Assembly: GCF_021869535.1 (NCBI RefSeq)
Contig: NW_026262637.1
Coordinates: forward strand, 16,182,001 to 16,246,000
DNA from: Mytilus californianus
Taxonomy: Eukaryota
Direction of reading: 5' to 3'
Length of the DNA: 64,000 bases
The position numbers and the translations under genes are program-made. The notes beneath the pieces are model-generated. The model was not told the origin of the DNA, ran no database searches, and saw nothing but the letters and a program-made list of their open reading frames with translations. Shown here in pieces: positions 20,776-35,200 of the stretch. The number at the start of each line of letters is the position of its first letter. The stretch's first letter is position 1.

Positions 20776-20909
20776 ACATAGTGTGCTAGTGACCTAATAC
20801 GGTATATATGGGGTCAGTAAATATCATATGGGGTGAGAGCGAAGCTCGAATCCCCATATGGAATTTACTGACCCCATATATACCGTATTACGTCACTAGC
20901 ACACTATGT
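20776..20909. repeat. 134-bp near-perfect palindrome (MITE-like)
   Basis: The arm acatagtgtgctagtgacctaatacggtatatatggggtcagtaaa pairs with tttactgaccccatatataccgtattacgtcactagcacactatgt. The centre is gagcgaagctc. Confidence 0.8.
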
Positions 20910-21339
20910 AACGAATTTTTCTTACCGACTATCTTAACTTGTGATATTTAGACTAGTAACCTATCAAAATGAGCAAGTCTTCAATACCGTTAGCATTACG
21001 AAACTACTTCCATTGATCATACAAAAACAGATGCCAACAATAACAAATTGTTAGCTTTAAATGTGTTTTATGAATTTATTTCAATCTTAATCATCAATTT
21101 CTTCGTTTGTTGAAACCTTTAAGATGTTTTCTCAGTACCGTTTTGTTTTTATAAAGGGTAATATCACCACTACTAACCGTGTATTGAAATAACCCCGCCT
21201 CCCTACTAACCTAATATGGAATATATACGGTCTCCACGCGGACGCTTTTAACCAATCATATTCCTAGAAATGTATAGGTAAGATAAACATCAATATTGTA
21301 ACTTTTTAAATGTGTAAAAGCTGTATGAAATATATAAAG

Positions 21340-23000
21340 GGGCTCCCACAGGGTACCCCCCTCAGGTCGCAAGGTCGCGAGGTCGTTTTTAAGGGAAATG
21401 TACAGGTCGCAGGTCGTTTTTTCCAACATAAAGGTCGGAAGTCGTTTTTATATTTAAAGGATCCATTTAAGTCATTGTTGTGTTGATTCTTGTGTTATTA
21501 AACCTGGGACATATAGGTTCCTGATTAAACCTTTTAGTTTTAAATTAGATATTTGGACATTTTCAACATGCTGTGCCCTTGGGTTCGGTTGGTCTTGTTT
21601 TGTTTGAGGCCATCCAGAGATGGCTGTCTGTAAGTGGGAAGTTCCTGCTCTATTAAAGTTTGTGTCGTCAGCTCTAGATTTATTTTGTGTGGCATTTAAT
21701 GATCAATATGTGATGTCTTCGTGCCATTAACCCATATCCGTTCTTTTCCATATTGAGACCAAAACAGGACTTGAACTTTTCGATTTTTCAGAACAGTAGT
21801 TTCAACCAAACATTCAGTATTTCACTAATCCAACACAATATTCATATTGAGCAAGTCCCCAGAACTTATAAAATCACCGGGGATGTAGAGCTGGATTTAC
21901 CTACTGAGATACTTTGAACACGATCTATAGACTGATGGCAACAAGGAAATGTCTTGAAGACAGGGGTGTCCCGCTCGGCGCTTATTTCCATTTTCGATGG
22001 AACTCCCCCATTTTAACAGTTGTTAGTCCATATCATGATAAATAAAGAGTATGGTACAAAAGTTCATGAAGATTCGACTTGAAACTTTTTAGGAAATCAT
22101 CTTAAACGCAAAGGTAAACCAAAGTGTAACTGACGAACGAACGGATGGACGAACAGACCGAAAAACTATATTTACCGCAACAATGTTGTCGGGACATAAA
22201 ACATGAAACTGATTATCAACCTTACTTGGATACATTTGTCTCTTTGGAGCACACACAGAGACACTAGTAGCTAGCGCCCTATGCGCTAGTGATGACCATC
22301 ACCCATAGTGTTCATAGTGTATTTGAAGCAATAACCCAGACCAATTTAATCTTTTTTAAGAAACAAAAATAGTCCAAAAATTATCATAACTTGACAATTT
22401 AGAAACAAAGAAACGAAGACTTCTAACCAAATATAGATACAAAAAGGGTCACAAATAGTTCAAAATTGATTATATGAAAACTGCATGTTGATTTAAGATG
22501 AAAACTTAACTTGTACTTTATAGTGCTAAACAATTGGGAACAAATGAAATAAATCTTTGATCCGTTCTCAAGTTTTCATCTGGATACCACCATGGGACGG
22601 TCAGACAGATGGAAGTACGGACGGATACCCAACCATGTAATTCTTCTCTACTGCGTGTAGTGGAGTATAATAAAGTAGACAAAAGTGTGACAGATGGCCG
22701 GAAAAACAGTATGGCTGACCATGGTTGGTGGGACCAACAGTCAGCAGTTTATGTTTAATAACAGACATGTGATTTGGGCATTTTATTTTATCAGATCTAC
22801 CATTAACCGAAATGGCAACAAAGGACCACAAAGGAAAACATGGCGCCCAAAATGGCAAGGTCGTTTTTAGCGTGGATGAAATCGGAGGTCGTTTTTTTCA
22901 AATTTTACAGGTCGCAGGTCGTTTTTAGAAAGCCCTTAGGTCGGAAGTCGCCTCTAAAAAGCCCAGAGGTCGCAGGTCGTTTTTGACCCTGCGGGAGCCT
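21340..23000. mobile_element. Non-autonomous TIR element with repeated aggtcgcaggtcgttttt subterminal motifs
   Basis: TIRs ggctcccacagggt / accctgcgggagcc. Degenerate 8-9 bp flanking duplication (atataaag / atttaaag). Contains a nested HINE at ~21940-22197. Confidence 0.7.
21940..22197 (+). mobile_element. Short HINE-like element nested in the TIR element
   Basis: acaagg start, a gacgaacgaacggatggacgaacagac microsatellite and a weak terminal hairpin before an A run. Confidence 0.6.
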
Positions 23001-23210
23001 CATTTAAAGAATATTTATGTTGCAGAGATAAATCAAATTAGATCTGGCTTATAAGAAAAATCCACTTGAATAATATACTGCATCTGCATTAAGCTAATAC
23101 TGAGGGCCACATGTGAAATAAAATACAACAAATGTGAACATCTTTATTTTTCATTATCACAGATAAAATGGAAAGAATTAAATATGTATTACGTTTCAAA
23201 ATAATAAATT

Positions 23211-26200
23211 CTATATTTTTACATCTGTTAACTTATTGTCTATTACAGCTTCCATGTGACTATTCATAGAATTTGGGTATACATGCACTTGTTTAGCAAT
23301 ACTGGCATAGTACACCTGGCCCTGCTGGAATGGAAGTAAATTGTCTTGAAAAGTTTTTTGTGGTGATGGTGATGGTGATGGTGGAGTTTCAGAATCAACA
23401 CTCTCCTGTTTGACTATTTCTGTAAAAAAATATTGATCATAAATATAACATATAGTAATAGAACAGTAATCTTCTATGCATCTACATATGGGGAAAAAAT
23501 CGGCATAAATATAAATATATTTATGACAACAATAGAAAATCATTCTCCTTTTTAACCTCTGATGCAAAAGGTTAATAATAAAATAATATCATTTTACAAT
23601 TGCAATCTTCATCTATATCCATCTCATGATTTTCTCATGTCTAATATTACGTAATTTCCATCAGAATAAAATCTTTTTCATTTTTAAATTCACAGCTAGT
23701 AATATTTATTCCTATTTTATGGTTTGATTTGTTTAAGCAGGCTTAAGGGTTATCACATTTTTCTCATCGTGAACTTATAAATAATAAACTCATCATAGAT
23801 ACCAGGGTTAAAATTGTGTAAGCCAAAGCTTGTTTCGTCTACAAAGTTATAAAGGCCAAATAAAGAACGTACTAAGTTGAAGAGTATAGTAGTGAGAAAT
23901 TTATTTTACATCGGAATGTTATTTCAGCCATTGGAGTACTAGTGGTTTAAATAAATATAATGCTTGTTTTAGGAGAGGTTTATGGGCTATGAGCCTTATT
24001 CATTTCTGTCTGGATATACACAAGACACATTTATTTTTGTGGATGAGTACCCTTTCAGGTTTTTTTTGGCAAGTAAACTTACTGTTGCAAGGATTGTCAG
24101 CATCAGGAAGTATTGAAAATAAAATCAATAGAATATCTACAGAATAAACACAGATATCTATAGGACACCAACAGTGTGATAGTTTGAGAGTTTTTGGTTT
24201 GACCCAGCCAGAAATTCAAGGATTATTATGTCAACCAAGGAAATTTTCTGCCTCCAATTAAAGGTATGTTTTTAAATTACAATCCATGGATCTCGAAAGG
24301 GACTTCACAACAAAATGTAAGACAGAGCATTGTTAGATCCTTGTAAGCAAAGCTTGGATACAGAGAATGTATTATAAGATAAAGGTCTGATATATAGAAA
24401 TGAGGATTGTTAAAAGAACAAAGCTTATTTCAATTTGGCACTATAAGTGCAAATTTACAATGTAAAGGAGTTGACAAAAATATGAATAGTTGAAAGAAAA
24501 TTTACAATGTATGACAAGTGATGGGAAATAGCTCACACTGCTCCATGAGGCCAGGTGAAATAACAGTCTTTAAAGTAAATACTTTCATATATGAAATTTT
24601 TTCTATAATAATTCAATTGAAAAACCACTAAATTACTGATTTACTCATATATATTTATCAGTTCTGTTACTCTGGGTAAAAATAAAGTGTCTCAATAGAG
24701 CACTATTAATAAATACCAACCTATGTTCTCTTTATATTGATATAAAGTAACTCTGGGTAAAGGCAGGTGACCTGCAGTGATTGCCATCACATCTATCTCT
24801 ATAGAGCCATGACCACTGGCAATGTTAAGTAAACCTACAAAATAAATAACTCCTATTTATATTCATAATTTTTCAAAACAAAAGTTTTCCATTTATTCAT
24901 AATCAGATGAATAACTCAAAAAGAAAAAGACTTCTTAACAATAAATTATACAGCAATGCAATAACAATACCCTGTAGATTCATTTGTTGTTGTGGATTGA
25001 AGAAAGATTGTATTTTTGAGGATATTTGATTTCTTGGTTATGCCAAAGTCTGCATACAAGCCAATAGAACATTTGAATTCCTAATTCACCTTGACCCACG
25101 AAATCCACAAAAATTGATATCCCAGAATTATGATGAATCCACAGCACTTGTTTATGATGATGATGATGATCAATGGCTCTTTAAAGTCCAGTCACAAATA
25201 AAAGACATTTTCAGGATGAGAGCATGTTAATGAGATATGAATATGAACCCTGCTATGTACTAGACTAACATACTGAACCAGATTTTTAATGTGCAAGTAC
25301 ACAAGTAAATAGTCTGCAAGAAGACATGTCAACCTTCTTATACACATTCTTCTGACTAGCCGACCAGTTTTTGCTCTTCCTCCTTAATGCCATGTGCTTT
25401 GTGAAGGAGCAGCCAACACCTTATTTAAAAGTCTTTGGTTTGACCAACTGGGATCGAATCCATGACCTTGTGCTCTCACGGCTTGCAAGCTACCACAAGT
25501 CACTGAGGCAGCATATACTTGTTTATACAATCTGGTGCTTTCGACTGGATAACCGTCGTACACAAGCATCGCACAAGTTGGCACTCCGAAGCGGGTGGGG
25601 AGCAAGAAGGTAAACTGTGGTTTATTTTTATCAATAGTACCGCTTAAGTCAACGCTAGGGGCCGTCTTGACCTTGTTGTAGGGTATGAATGATTCGTTCA
25701 TTGTTGAAGACCCTACATCAACTGTCAAGATGAAGAACAGGAATAAAAGCCCTGTTCATTGATAATTTTCTATGTTTTCTATGTATTGTGTGCGATTTTG
25801 TCCCATGTACATTTACTCCATATCCTTTCATTTTCTATTGATTCTAGAGTTTGTCTCTAGTGCTGTGTGGAGGCAGTAGAACGTTTCCCCGTGCTTGAGG
25901 TGTATGCTCTTATAATATTTACAGTTATGGTGTGCTTGTTCATGTGAGAATTTCTCATATTAATACACCGTCAAAATTTCATCAAAATACTGGTCTGGTC
26001 ATCTGTTTTGTATATTGCCCTTTCATACTATTTTAAACTGCTAGGTTTTCTTACATATATTTCGATGTGCCCCGTCCTGTCTATCATTTGTTTTTTAGTT
26101 TTATATGTTTTGTCTATCATTTGTTGTTTCGAAATTATTGGTCTTTTGTTGGGAAATGTATGACAAATATATGTTGAGAAACCTCAAACGTAATTATAAA

Positions 26201-29200
26201 TTATGTAATTCATTGACCGCTCCCGACATGTGTAACTTCAAGGCATATTTTAGCGGCGATCGATGTCTTTCAAAATTACTGCACTTTTCTTGTATCCCTG
26301 GTGCTTTCGACTGGATAACCGTCGTACACAAGCATCGCACAAGTTGGCACTCCGAGGCGGGTGGGGAGCAAGAAGGTAAACTGTGGTTTATTTTTATCAA
26401 TAGTACCGCTTAAGTCGACGCTAGGGGCCGTCTTGACCTTGTTGTAGGGTATGAATGATTCGTTCATTGTTGAAGACCCTACATCAACTGTCAAGATGAA
26501 GAACAGGAATAAAAGCCCTGTTCATTGATAATTTTCTATGTTTTCTATGTATTGTGTGCGATTTTGTCTCATGTACATTTACTCCATATCCTTTCATTTT
26601 CTATTGATTCTAGAGTTTGTCTCTAGTGCTGTGTGGAGGCAGTAGAACGTTTCCCCGTGCTTGAGGTGTATGCTCTTATAATATTTACAGTTATGGTGTG
26701 CTTGTTCATGTGAGAATTTCTCATATTAATACACCGTCAAAATTTCATGTTTGGTTAAATTTCATCAAAATACTGGTCTGGTCATCTGTTTTGTATATTG
26801 CCCTTTCATACTATTTTAAACTGCTAGGTTTTCTTACATATATTTCGATGTGCCCCGTCCTGTCTATCATTTGTTTTTTAGTTTTATATGTTTTGTCTAT
26901 CATTTGTTGTTTCGAAATTATTGGTCTTTTGTTGGGCAATGTATGACAAATATATGTTGAGAAACCTCGCCCGTAATTATAAATTATGTAATTCATTGAC
27001 CGCTCCCGACATGCGTAACTTCAAGGCATATTTTAGCGGCGATCCATGTCTTTCAAAATTACTGCACTTTTCTTGTATCCCTGGTGCTTTCGACTGGATA
27101 ACCGTCGTACACAAGCATTGCACAAGTTGGCACTCCGAGGCGGGTGGGGAGCAAGAAGGTAAACTGTGGTTTATTTGTATCAATAGTACCGCTTAAGTCG
27201 ACGCTAGGGGCCGTCTTGACCTTGTTGTAGGGTATGAATGATTCGTTCATTGTTGAAGACCCTACATCAACTGTCAAGATGAAATACAGGAATAAAAGCC
27301 CTGTTCATTGATAATTTTCTATGTTTTCTATGTATTGTGTGCGATTTTGTCCCATGTACATTTACTCCATATCCTTTCATTTTCTACTGTATGTACATCA
27401 ATAAAACTAAATCAACCTATATTACATGTAACAGGAAACAAAGGAATGAAATTTATAGTTCATTGTCCTCTCCATAAATTTCATACAGCAAATGGGGAAT
27501 TATGAATCTAAATAATCAGAAGTTTGTGAAAGAACTGCTTTTACTCCCTCTAAGGTTGGATGAACTCTACAATAAAAATGTCCATTGTCCTTTTACTCGT
27601 GACCATGCATCTACAAATATAACTTTCAATGAATGTGAAAAATAAAGTGTTTTTGAGTATACCTGCACTTTTACCAGAGACAGCCCAGAATGAGTCATCA
27701 TCCACTTGATATAGTACTCTGTCCTCAGTATAACTGGAGTACATTGATGTTACTTCAATTTTCATACAGGATAGGACACTCATTTGACATTGTTTATTTT
27801 CTCCTTGCGGTGTTACTGTAACTCTCACATGGTACTGAGTCTGAAATACAAAGAAATCATTAAATATATCTTTTATATATAAACTATTGAAACCTCTGTG
27901 TAATGCATGAAATATGTAAGATAAATACACAAAAAATCTGCGTACTTTTTGTAAATGCTATAGTTGAAATGAGTACTGTAAATTCAGAAATTATTGCGAT
28001 GTTTTTATTATGGGAAAAAATGCGACAGAGTTATAATCGCAATAATTTAAACTTGCATTTTTATATGAATTAAACAGGATTTTTCTCAATATCTCAAAAA
28101 TTAAAATCGCATTTTAGTCTAAAATGACAAAATCGCAATAATAAATGCACGCAATAATTACTGAAATTACAGTAGGCTATGAAACTGTTTGCCAAAATTC
28201 TATCAGCACAAATATTAACTTTAATAAGGAAAAATATTGAACATTTAAAATTTTCAACTAAAGGATCATTTGACAAAACTGATAAAAAGAGTATCATGAT
28301 AAACTATCCTTCTGGGATCAAAATAAATAATAAAAAAACCCAGCATATTTTCCTGTTAACCATTCAAATATCAGTTGAAACAAAAGTCAGAGGAATATAT
28401 GTCCGTGACTGTACCGTTCAAAATTTATGATGATCAATGTATACTACAAAGTTCTTAACAATTAACACCATATGAGGCAAATCATTTAATATCTTACCCT
28501 AAAGTTATCAATTTGACATGTATAACTGAATGTCCTTTGTTTCTGTTCTAGAGAGCAGATATAGTTTACGTGGAAAAACACAGGAAGCGACATGACACTT
28601 TCTGTATTACACTTCAGTTCCCATAGGTATGACACACGTTGACTTTTATACACATTCTACAAAAGATATAATATCATAAAGTGTCTTAGATTAAATTTAC
28701 AGTGCAGCTTTTAAATTTCTACTGTTCCCTTCAATTTCTACGCATGCTTAGATGATCATATTATTTTCAAATCATAGTTAGCAGAGTCAAACATAAGATT
28801 GATCCAAAGCACATATTATTTAATGCAGTTTAATACAAGTCTCCATGACTACAATATGATTTCTAAATTTCTAAAGCATGTTAAATCTCTATAAAATAAA
28901 CATGAGGAGATGTGGTATTATAACAAATGGGATAAATATTGTATATTTGATAGTTTTTATACTTAAGACTTTTTAAATGTTTTCAAAGTATAAGTGGTAG
29001 ATTGGTTTACAAAATTTATCGAAATGTTCCAGCGGACAACAATCTGTATATGAAATCCTATTAAATGATCAATATTACATCAATGTCATACCACAAGAGT
29101 GCACACGCTAAAATGTCTCACCTGCATACTGACCATTGGTTTTATGTTGATAGTCCAAAATATAAAGCTTTACTACAAGTATCACATAAACTTAACATGA

Positions 29201-32200
29201 TCTAAGAAAATGAGGTCAAGGTCAGATAAACCAAACCGGAAATACATGTACACCTTACAATCATTCCATACACAAAATATAATTGACCTATTGCTTATAG
29301 TATCTAAGAAACAAACTTAACCATAAAAACTTAACATTGACCAATGAACGATGACAATGAGGTCAAGGTCAGATGAACCATGCCAGACAGACATGTACAC
29401 CTTACAATCAATCTATGCATTAAATATAGTTGACATATTGCTTATAGTATCTAAGAAACAAACTTAACCATAAAAACTTAACATTGACCAATGAATGATG
29501 ACAATGAGGTCAAGGTCAGACGATACCTGCCAGACAGACATATACACCTTACAATCATTCCATATACCAAATAAATATAGTAGACCTATTGCTTATAGTA
29601 TCTGAGCTATGGACTTGACCACGAAAACTTAACCTTATTCACTGATCCATGAAATGAGGTTGAGGTCAGATGAAAACTGTCTGACAGGCACAAGGAACTT
29701 GCAAGGTACCCTCATACTAAATATAGTTATCCTATTACTCATAATAAGAGAGAAATTAACAATACAAAAAATCTTAACTTTTTCAGTAGTCACTGAACCA
29801 TGAAAATGAGGTCAAGGACATATGACAGACGGAAACTTCGTAACATAAGGCATCTATATACAAAGTATGAAGCATCCAGGTCTTCTACCTTCTAAAATAT
29901 AAAGCTTTAAAGCAGTTAATTAACACCGCCACCCCTGCGGATCACTATCCCTATGTCGAGCTTTCTGCGACAGAAGTCGCAGGCTCGACAATAAAAGTAT
30001 TAACAAAAATTTACTTTCCAGTATAAAGAAGTTTTAAACTTAAATACTGCAGGTTCAAGGTATAGTTCAACTTTGTTTCATTAAAAGACCTATAAATGCT
30101 ATCAATATTCATCCATTTTTTATCAGACTTGATAATACATGTACATTCTATCAATGTTTATCTATTTTTAGCCAGGTTTGCGAAGACCTATACATGCTAT
30201 CAATATTCATCCATTTTTGATCAGACTTGATAATACATGTACATTTTATCAATGTTCACCAATTTCTGGCCAGGTTTTCTAAGACCTATAAATGCTATCA
30301 ATATTCACCCATTTCTGATCCGGCTTGCTGAGACATATAAATTCTACATCTTTGTTAGTTGTAGAAGCTGTTGGATCCTGTAGAGTAAAATTACTTTCAG
30401 AATGTCCTTCCAGAGCTATTTGTAGGTATTTCCTTAAGAAAAACATTTATATGTTAGCATAAAACATTTTCAGTAATGCTTCTAAAGCCACTGAGAGGAT
30501 TTCATGACATTTTCAAAGAAAAAATTAACAAAATTAAGAATATTTTAAAAAATATAGAAAACCATGCCACCCTCCCATAATCACATTTCCACATTTAGTA
30601 AACCAATAATTCTGGGTCAAAACCATACTATTGACTAATTTTTAAAAGTTCACATCATAATAAACATGTGACATGTTAACTTCATAGTAAACTACCTTAA
30701 ACTAAAACTTTAACCTACTTTTAACAACAACATTAACCTACTTTTAACAACCATGTTAACCTGAACAGTGAACCATGAAATATGGATCAAAACACTAATT
30801 TGGCACATATATACATGTTTTTAAGTTAACATCATTATGAGCATGAGAATTTGGTATCAATCTGATGTAACCACACCCTCATGGTTATCTACTTGGTATC
30901 AATCTGATGTAACCACACCCTCATGGTTATCTACCTTGAATCAAATGTTTTTAAACTGAAATGGGACAGACAAACAGATAGTTCTGGACTGATGGACAGA
31001 CTGAAAAAACATAATGCCCCACACTATTGAAGGCAAGGTTTTATAAAATTGTTTAGATTCAAACTACAGTAAGAATGTGAATAAAAGGAGATATGGGCAA
31101 AATGCTAATGAGACAGCAATCCAACAACAACTTACAAATCAAGGAAAAAAAATCTAGGGGTCATCATTTAATTCAGAAAATTTAAAAAATTGACCTGGAA
31201 TTGATTTTGGTATGAATAAAAGGAGATGTGGGACTACAATCCAATTACAAAGCAACCTAACAACATAAGATTGCAGATTTAAACTGTTCTGATTCTATTT
31301 AACTAAGCTAAACCTTAGCTGCAAAATTGTAGCTCTTATGGTCCTTGGATACTTTTTTTCATTTTGCATACCATCTAAGAACCATAGAAAAAAGCTATGG
31401 TTCTGCAGCTGGCAAAACCTTTGCTTTGTGATTAATGGCATTGTTTGAAAGTTATTTAAAATGGTGCAGTCCGTGTTTTCACCGTTCATGGAACAAGAAA
31501 TGAAGTAGCCATCCAAACATTTTTGTAACTCCTCATGTTTTTATATTCTCACATCACAAAAATACAACCATAAAGTGTGATGTTTATATAAGCCCTTTAA
31601 CAACCAGAATATATTACCTTTTGTTGGCTGTATGTACTTTATGTGAAGCAAGAAGAGGTGAGACAAATGTTACACCTGTAAGCAATGGCTGAGGAAATCT
31701 GTCACAGGCTATTTTTATCTACAAAGGAAAAAAATAACAAGAGCCAATGAGAAAGTATTTTCATTCATAGGGTACCAGTTTTTATTTATAAAAGTCATGA
31801 AACTTGACTAAAACAATCAACATATTTCTTAGATTTAGTCTATTGAATTGTATAAAACGATTGATTTAAGAATCGAGGTATAATGATTCATCTAGAATAA
31901 CCAATCACAACCATCAGGCCTGATCTGATGGAATGACCTTGCTAAGCCATAATATATACCAACTGTCAATTCAAAATTTGATTGTGTGCATCTATAACTG
32001 TGAATCTTCAACAAACATAATGCCAGATTTATAAATGTGGCTTCTATTAATAATTTAGAACAGTATTACAACAAAAAATTTAATTATCTTACAAGTTGAA
32101 ATATTCCTCCAATTATATTATTCACATTTAAAAAAAGCGCTGTTGACAAATTTTGAAAAAATTATTATGCAAAGTAAAGAATATGACAAAAACATACCAT

Positions 32201-35200
32201 AAAATCAATACTTTCACTTTCAATAATATCATGATAAAGTGTGAAATTAAATTTTAAAGATTTGTCTTTTGTTATTTCATCAATGGTCAGAAATCTGCTT
32301 TCATCCGATGTTTTGACTTGTAAGTCAGAGGAGGTAACAATTTCTAATTGCTGTCCAATTTCCAGATTAAGATTACTATTTTCTATGCTTAGTTCCACCT
32401 CATTTTCTATACCCATTATCAATTTATCTGAAAAATAAAAATAATAAAGTATGTTATGAAGACAAAAAAACTGTGTCTTCCTCATTCCTACAGCATAAAT
32501 TATAAACAATGTAATTCTCCGTATATCAAATATATATTTATAAAACATAGAAATAATTCATAAATCAGGTTTCTTAGGAGGTTAAGCAACTACTTTGTTT
32601 TTAGCCTAAGTTAAAAGTTATTTTATTTCACTGTACCTCTACAAGTAGGGCTAATCTGACAATGAGGCTGGTGGTAGGATGAGGTAAAACTGGTATGTAC
32701 ATCTATTGTCTTAATCAATTCTAGGTTTCCAATCTGTACCCAAAACTGATTTGTTCTAAACACTCCCACTTTATCAATCTGCAAAGAAAACAGCAACAAT
32801 TTCTTTTTTTTCAATACAGAACATAAAAATGTTTTTGATTGATAAAATTTACAATAATTTTAAATCTTTGAGTAGCCCAGACCATGATCTATGAAAATTG
32901 TTTGGTAGCAAATATGTACCATTGGTTTTGTAGAAGAGTTTTCAAAAAAGTTGATTGAGAGGAAAAAGTTTGTAGAATCTAAAGCAGAGAAGTACTGAAA
33001 AGGCAAGATTTAAAATGAGAAAGTTTACCTTCTTAGACAAAACAATGACATTCTCTCCAGGTTTCAGAATTATATCTTGTCCAGATATACACAGTGCATA
33101 ATCCTCCTTCTTTACAACAGGCTGTTTGGTTACTGTCTTACTACCAGCACTATCTACCCTCCTAAGTAACTCTTTAGACTGAAAACAAGACACCCCACAC
33201 AGTACAGGACTTTTCAGACTTCCTTCAATGTTCTCTTGTAATGGTATCATATTAGCAGTAGGTTTAGATATAGGTCTACAGTTTGCTACATTTTCTGTCA
33301 GACTTGTGTCACTTGCTTGTCTACTGACTACTGGTTTATTGTTCCCATTCTGACTAGATTTTACTTGAGTGAATGAAAGACATATCTGATCACATGATAC
33401 ATCACATGGTGCTTTGTTTTTGATTTTCAACTCCACTTCTACCACATGATTTATATATACTTCAGGTTTTGAAAATGCCATTTCCTCCACTGTTATCAAT
33501 GGACTTGCCTTCAGGGGACTAGCTTCTATAATAAATAAAAGGATATGCATCATATCACTATAACATATACAAGAATTTAATTTAAGATATTGCATACATA
33601 AGAAATGTCTTCCCATTGTAATTGAAGCAGAATTGATCACTTTAAAAAACAAATTCTTATAATTATGGTTTTTGCTAAGCTAGTTTTAAGATTTATGGCC
33701 CTTTATACTACTAGGGGATGTTAGATGACTTTGACTATCTATGAGCGACTTGTGAACACATGAACAGTGGGTAGCCCTTTATGTTTCAACTTCTAAACTT
33801 TATCATTTCTGTACTTCATACAACTGGCATGTTTTAATTCTATTTTAAATTTGCAATACATACTAAGATGAACTGACGTGATTCTGTTCTGCATGTAAGT
33901 TTCCATGGTATAGTGAGGTCAGAAATGCATGAATGTGTAAAATTAGAACAAAGTCTTGCTTGATAAGCATATTGGCAGTATATAATGTATTTAAAACATG
34001 AACAGAGATGATGGCAATGAAAGATTCTATTCTCACCATGTAGCATTTATTTCCTTGAAAAAAACACCTAATATTTTCTCAATTTATAGTACTTTTGTAT
34101 TTCATCTGAATGTATTCAGTATCTATTTTGTTCTATGCAATCAACCTTAATTATTTTCATTTCCTTATTAATTGAACTGTAATTTATATAAAAAGGACTA
34201 GAATATATTCTAGTAAGATTTGATTCTTAACCCTTTTAAATAATTAATAGAATACATCCCAATAAGATTAGACCATTGCTAATTGTTTTAACAATGAACA
34301 ATCGTACCTATTTAGAATTGCATGCTCCCCTTGAAAATCCCACAATACAGTCGCAACATCCTTATAAATAACATTTGGACTATCAAGTAACATCCAAAAT
34401 AACAGTCCTATAATGCTTGATCTTTCCTGTTCCATTCACAAGTATTGCATGTACAAAATTAAACCACACTTATTCAAGTAGTAATTTTATACCAGTATTG
34501 TTTTTGGCTTCTTCATATAACCTTTCCAAATATTGTTGTCTATCTGCCTCCGGTAATGTTAAACTGCTTGCTATGTATACTGCTGTCTGTAAAAATGTTT
34601 CTTGTCAAGGTTAATCTCTACTTCAAATATAGCTATATCTAATTTCATAAAACTAAACTGTTAACACAAAGATATGTCTCGCCTATTTGTTATTTTGATA
34701 ATGCAAATGTTGAAATTAATATAGCAATACTTTTACATGTAAGTTATGCAAATATTCAAAGTCAGTGAACCATGACTGAAGGTACAGGGCTAAACAATCT
34801 CCATGGAAATGAGATGTGCCAATGCTAATACAACTGCAAACCAAATACCATTGACTTTTCATAAGTCGTTCTCTTTAAACAAACCTAAACACAAACATTA
34901 ACTTGTAAACTATGTAAAAGTTTCAAAGTCAATGAACCATAATTAGGGGGTGGGGTTATATAATCTCCATGGAAATGAAACTTGCAAATGCCAATACATT
35001 TGCATACCGAATATATTTGACTTAACATAAGTGGTTCATCTTAAACTGACCTAATCACAACTAATACATGTAAACTAAGCAAAAGTTTCAAAGTCAATAG
35101 ACCATGACTGAGGGGTTGGCGCCAAATATTCTCCATGGAAATAAGATGTGCTAATGCTTATACAACTGCATACCAATTATCATTGACCGACCACTAACGG

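Noticed and set aside
24640-24765. Possible fourth donor-spanning duplication at TRAPPC10 exon 21 (repeated tactctgggtaaa / aactctgggtaaa)
   Set aside because: Only ~12 bp match clearly, which is too short to support in AT-rich DNA without a significance test.
25533-25550. TGGTGCTTTCGACTGGAT as an LTR primer-binding site
   Set aside because: It only loosely resembles a tRNA 3'-end complement, and there is no TG...CA LTR directly upstream and no polypurine tract.
25371-27505. Repeated 60-115 aa ORFs (MTVDVGSSTMNESF..., MFCLSFVVSK...) as a tandem gene family
   Set aside because: They recur only because the DNA is repeated. They have non-ATG or weak starts, no recognisable domain, and differing ends where they run into flanks.
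34587-34596. TTTTTACAG as the primary acceptor of TRAPPC10 exon 13
   Set aside because: It needs a weak GTCTAC donor and loses the conserved LQ residues. The AT-AC model has full U12 signals. Kept only as a possible minor isoform.
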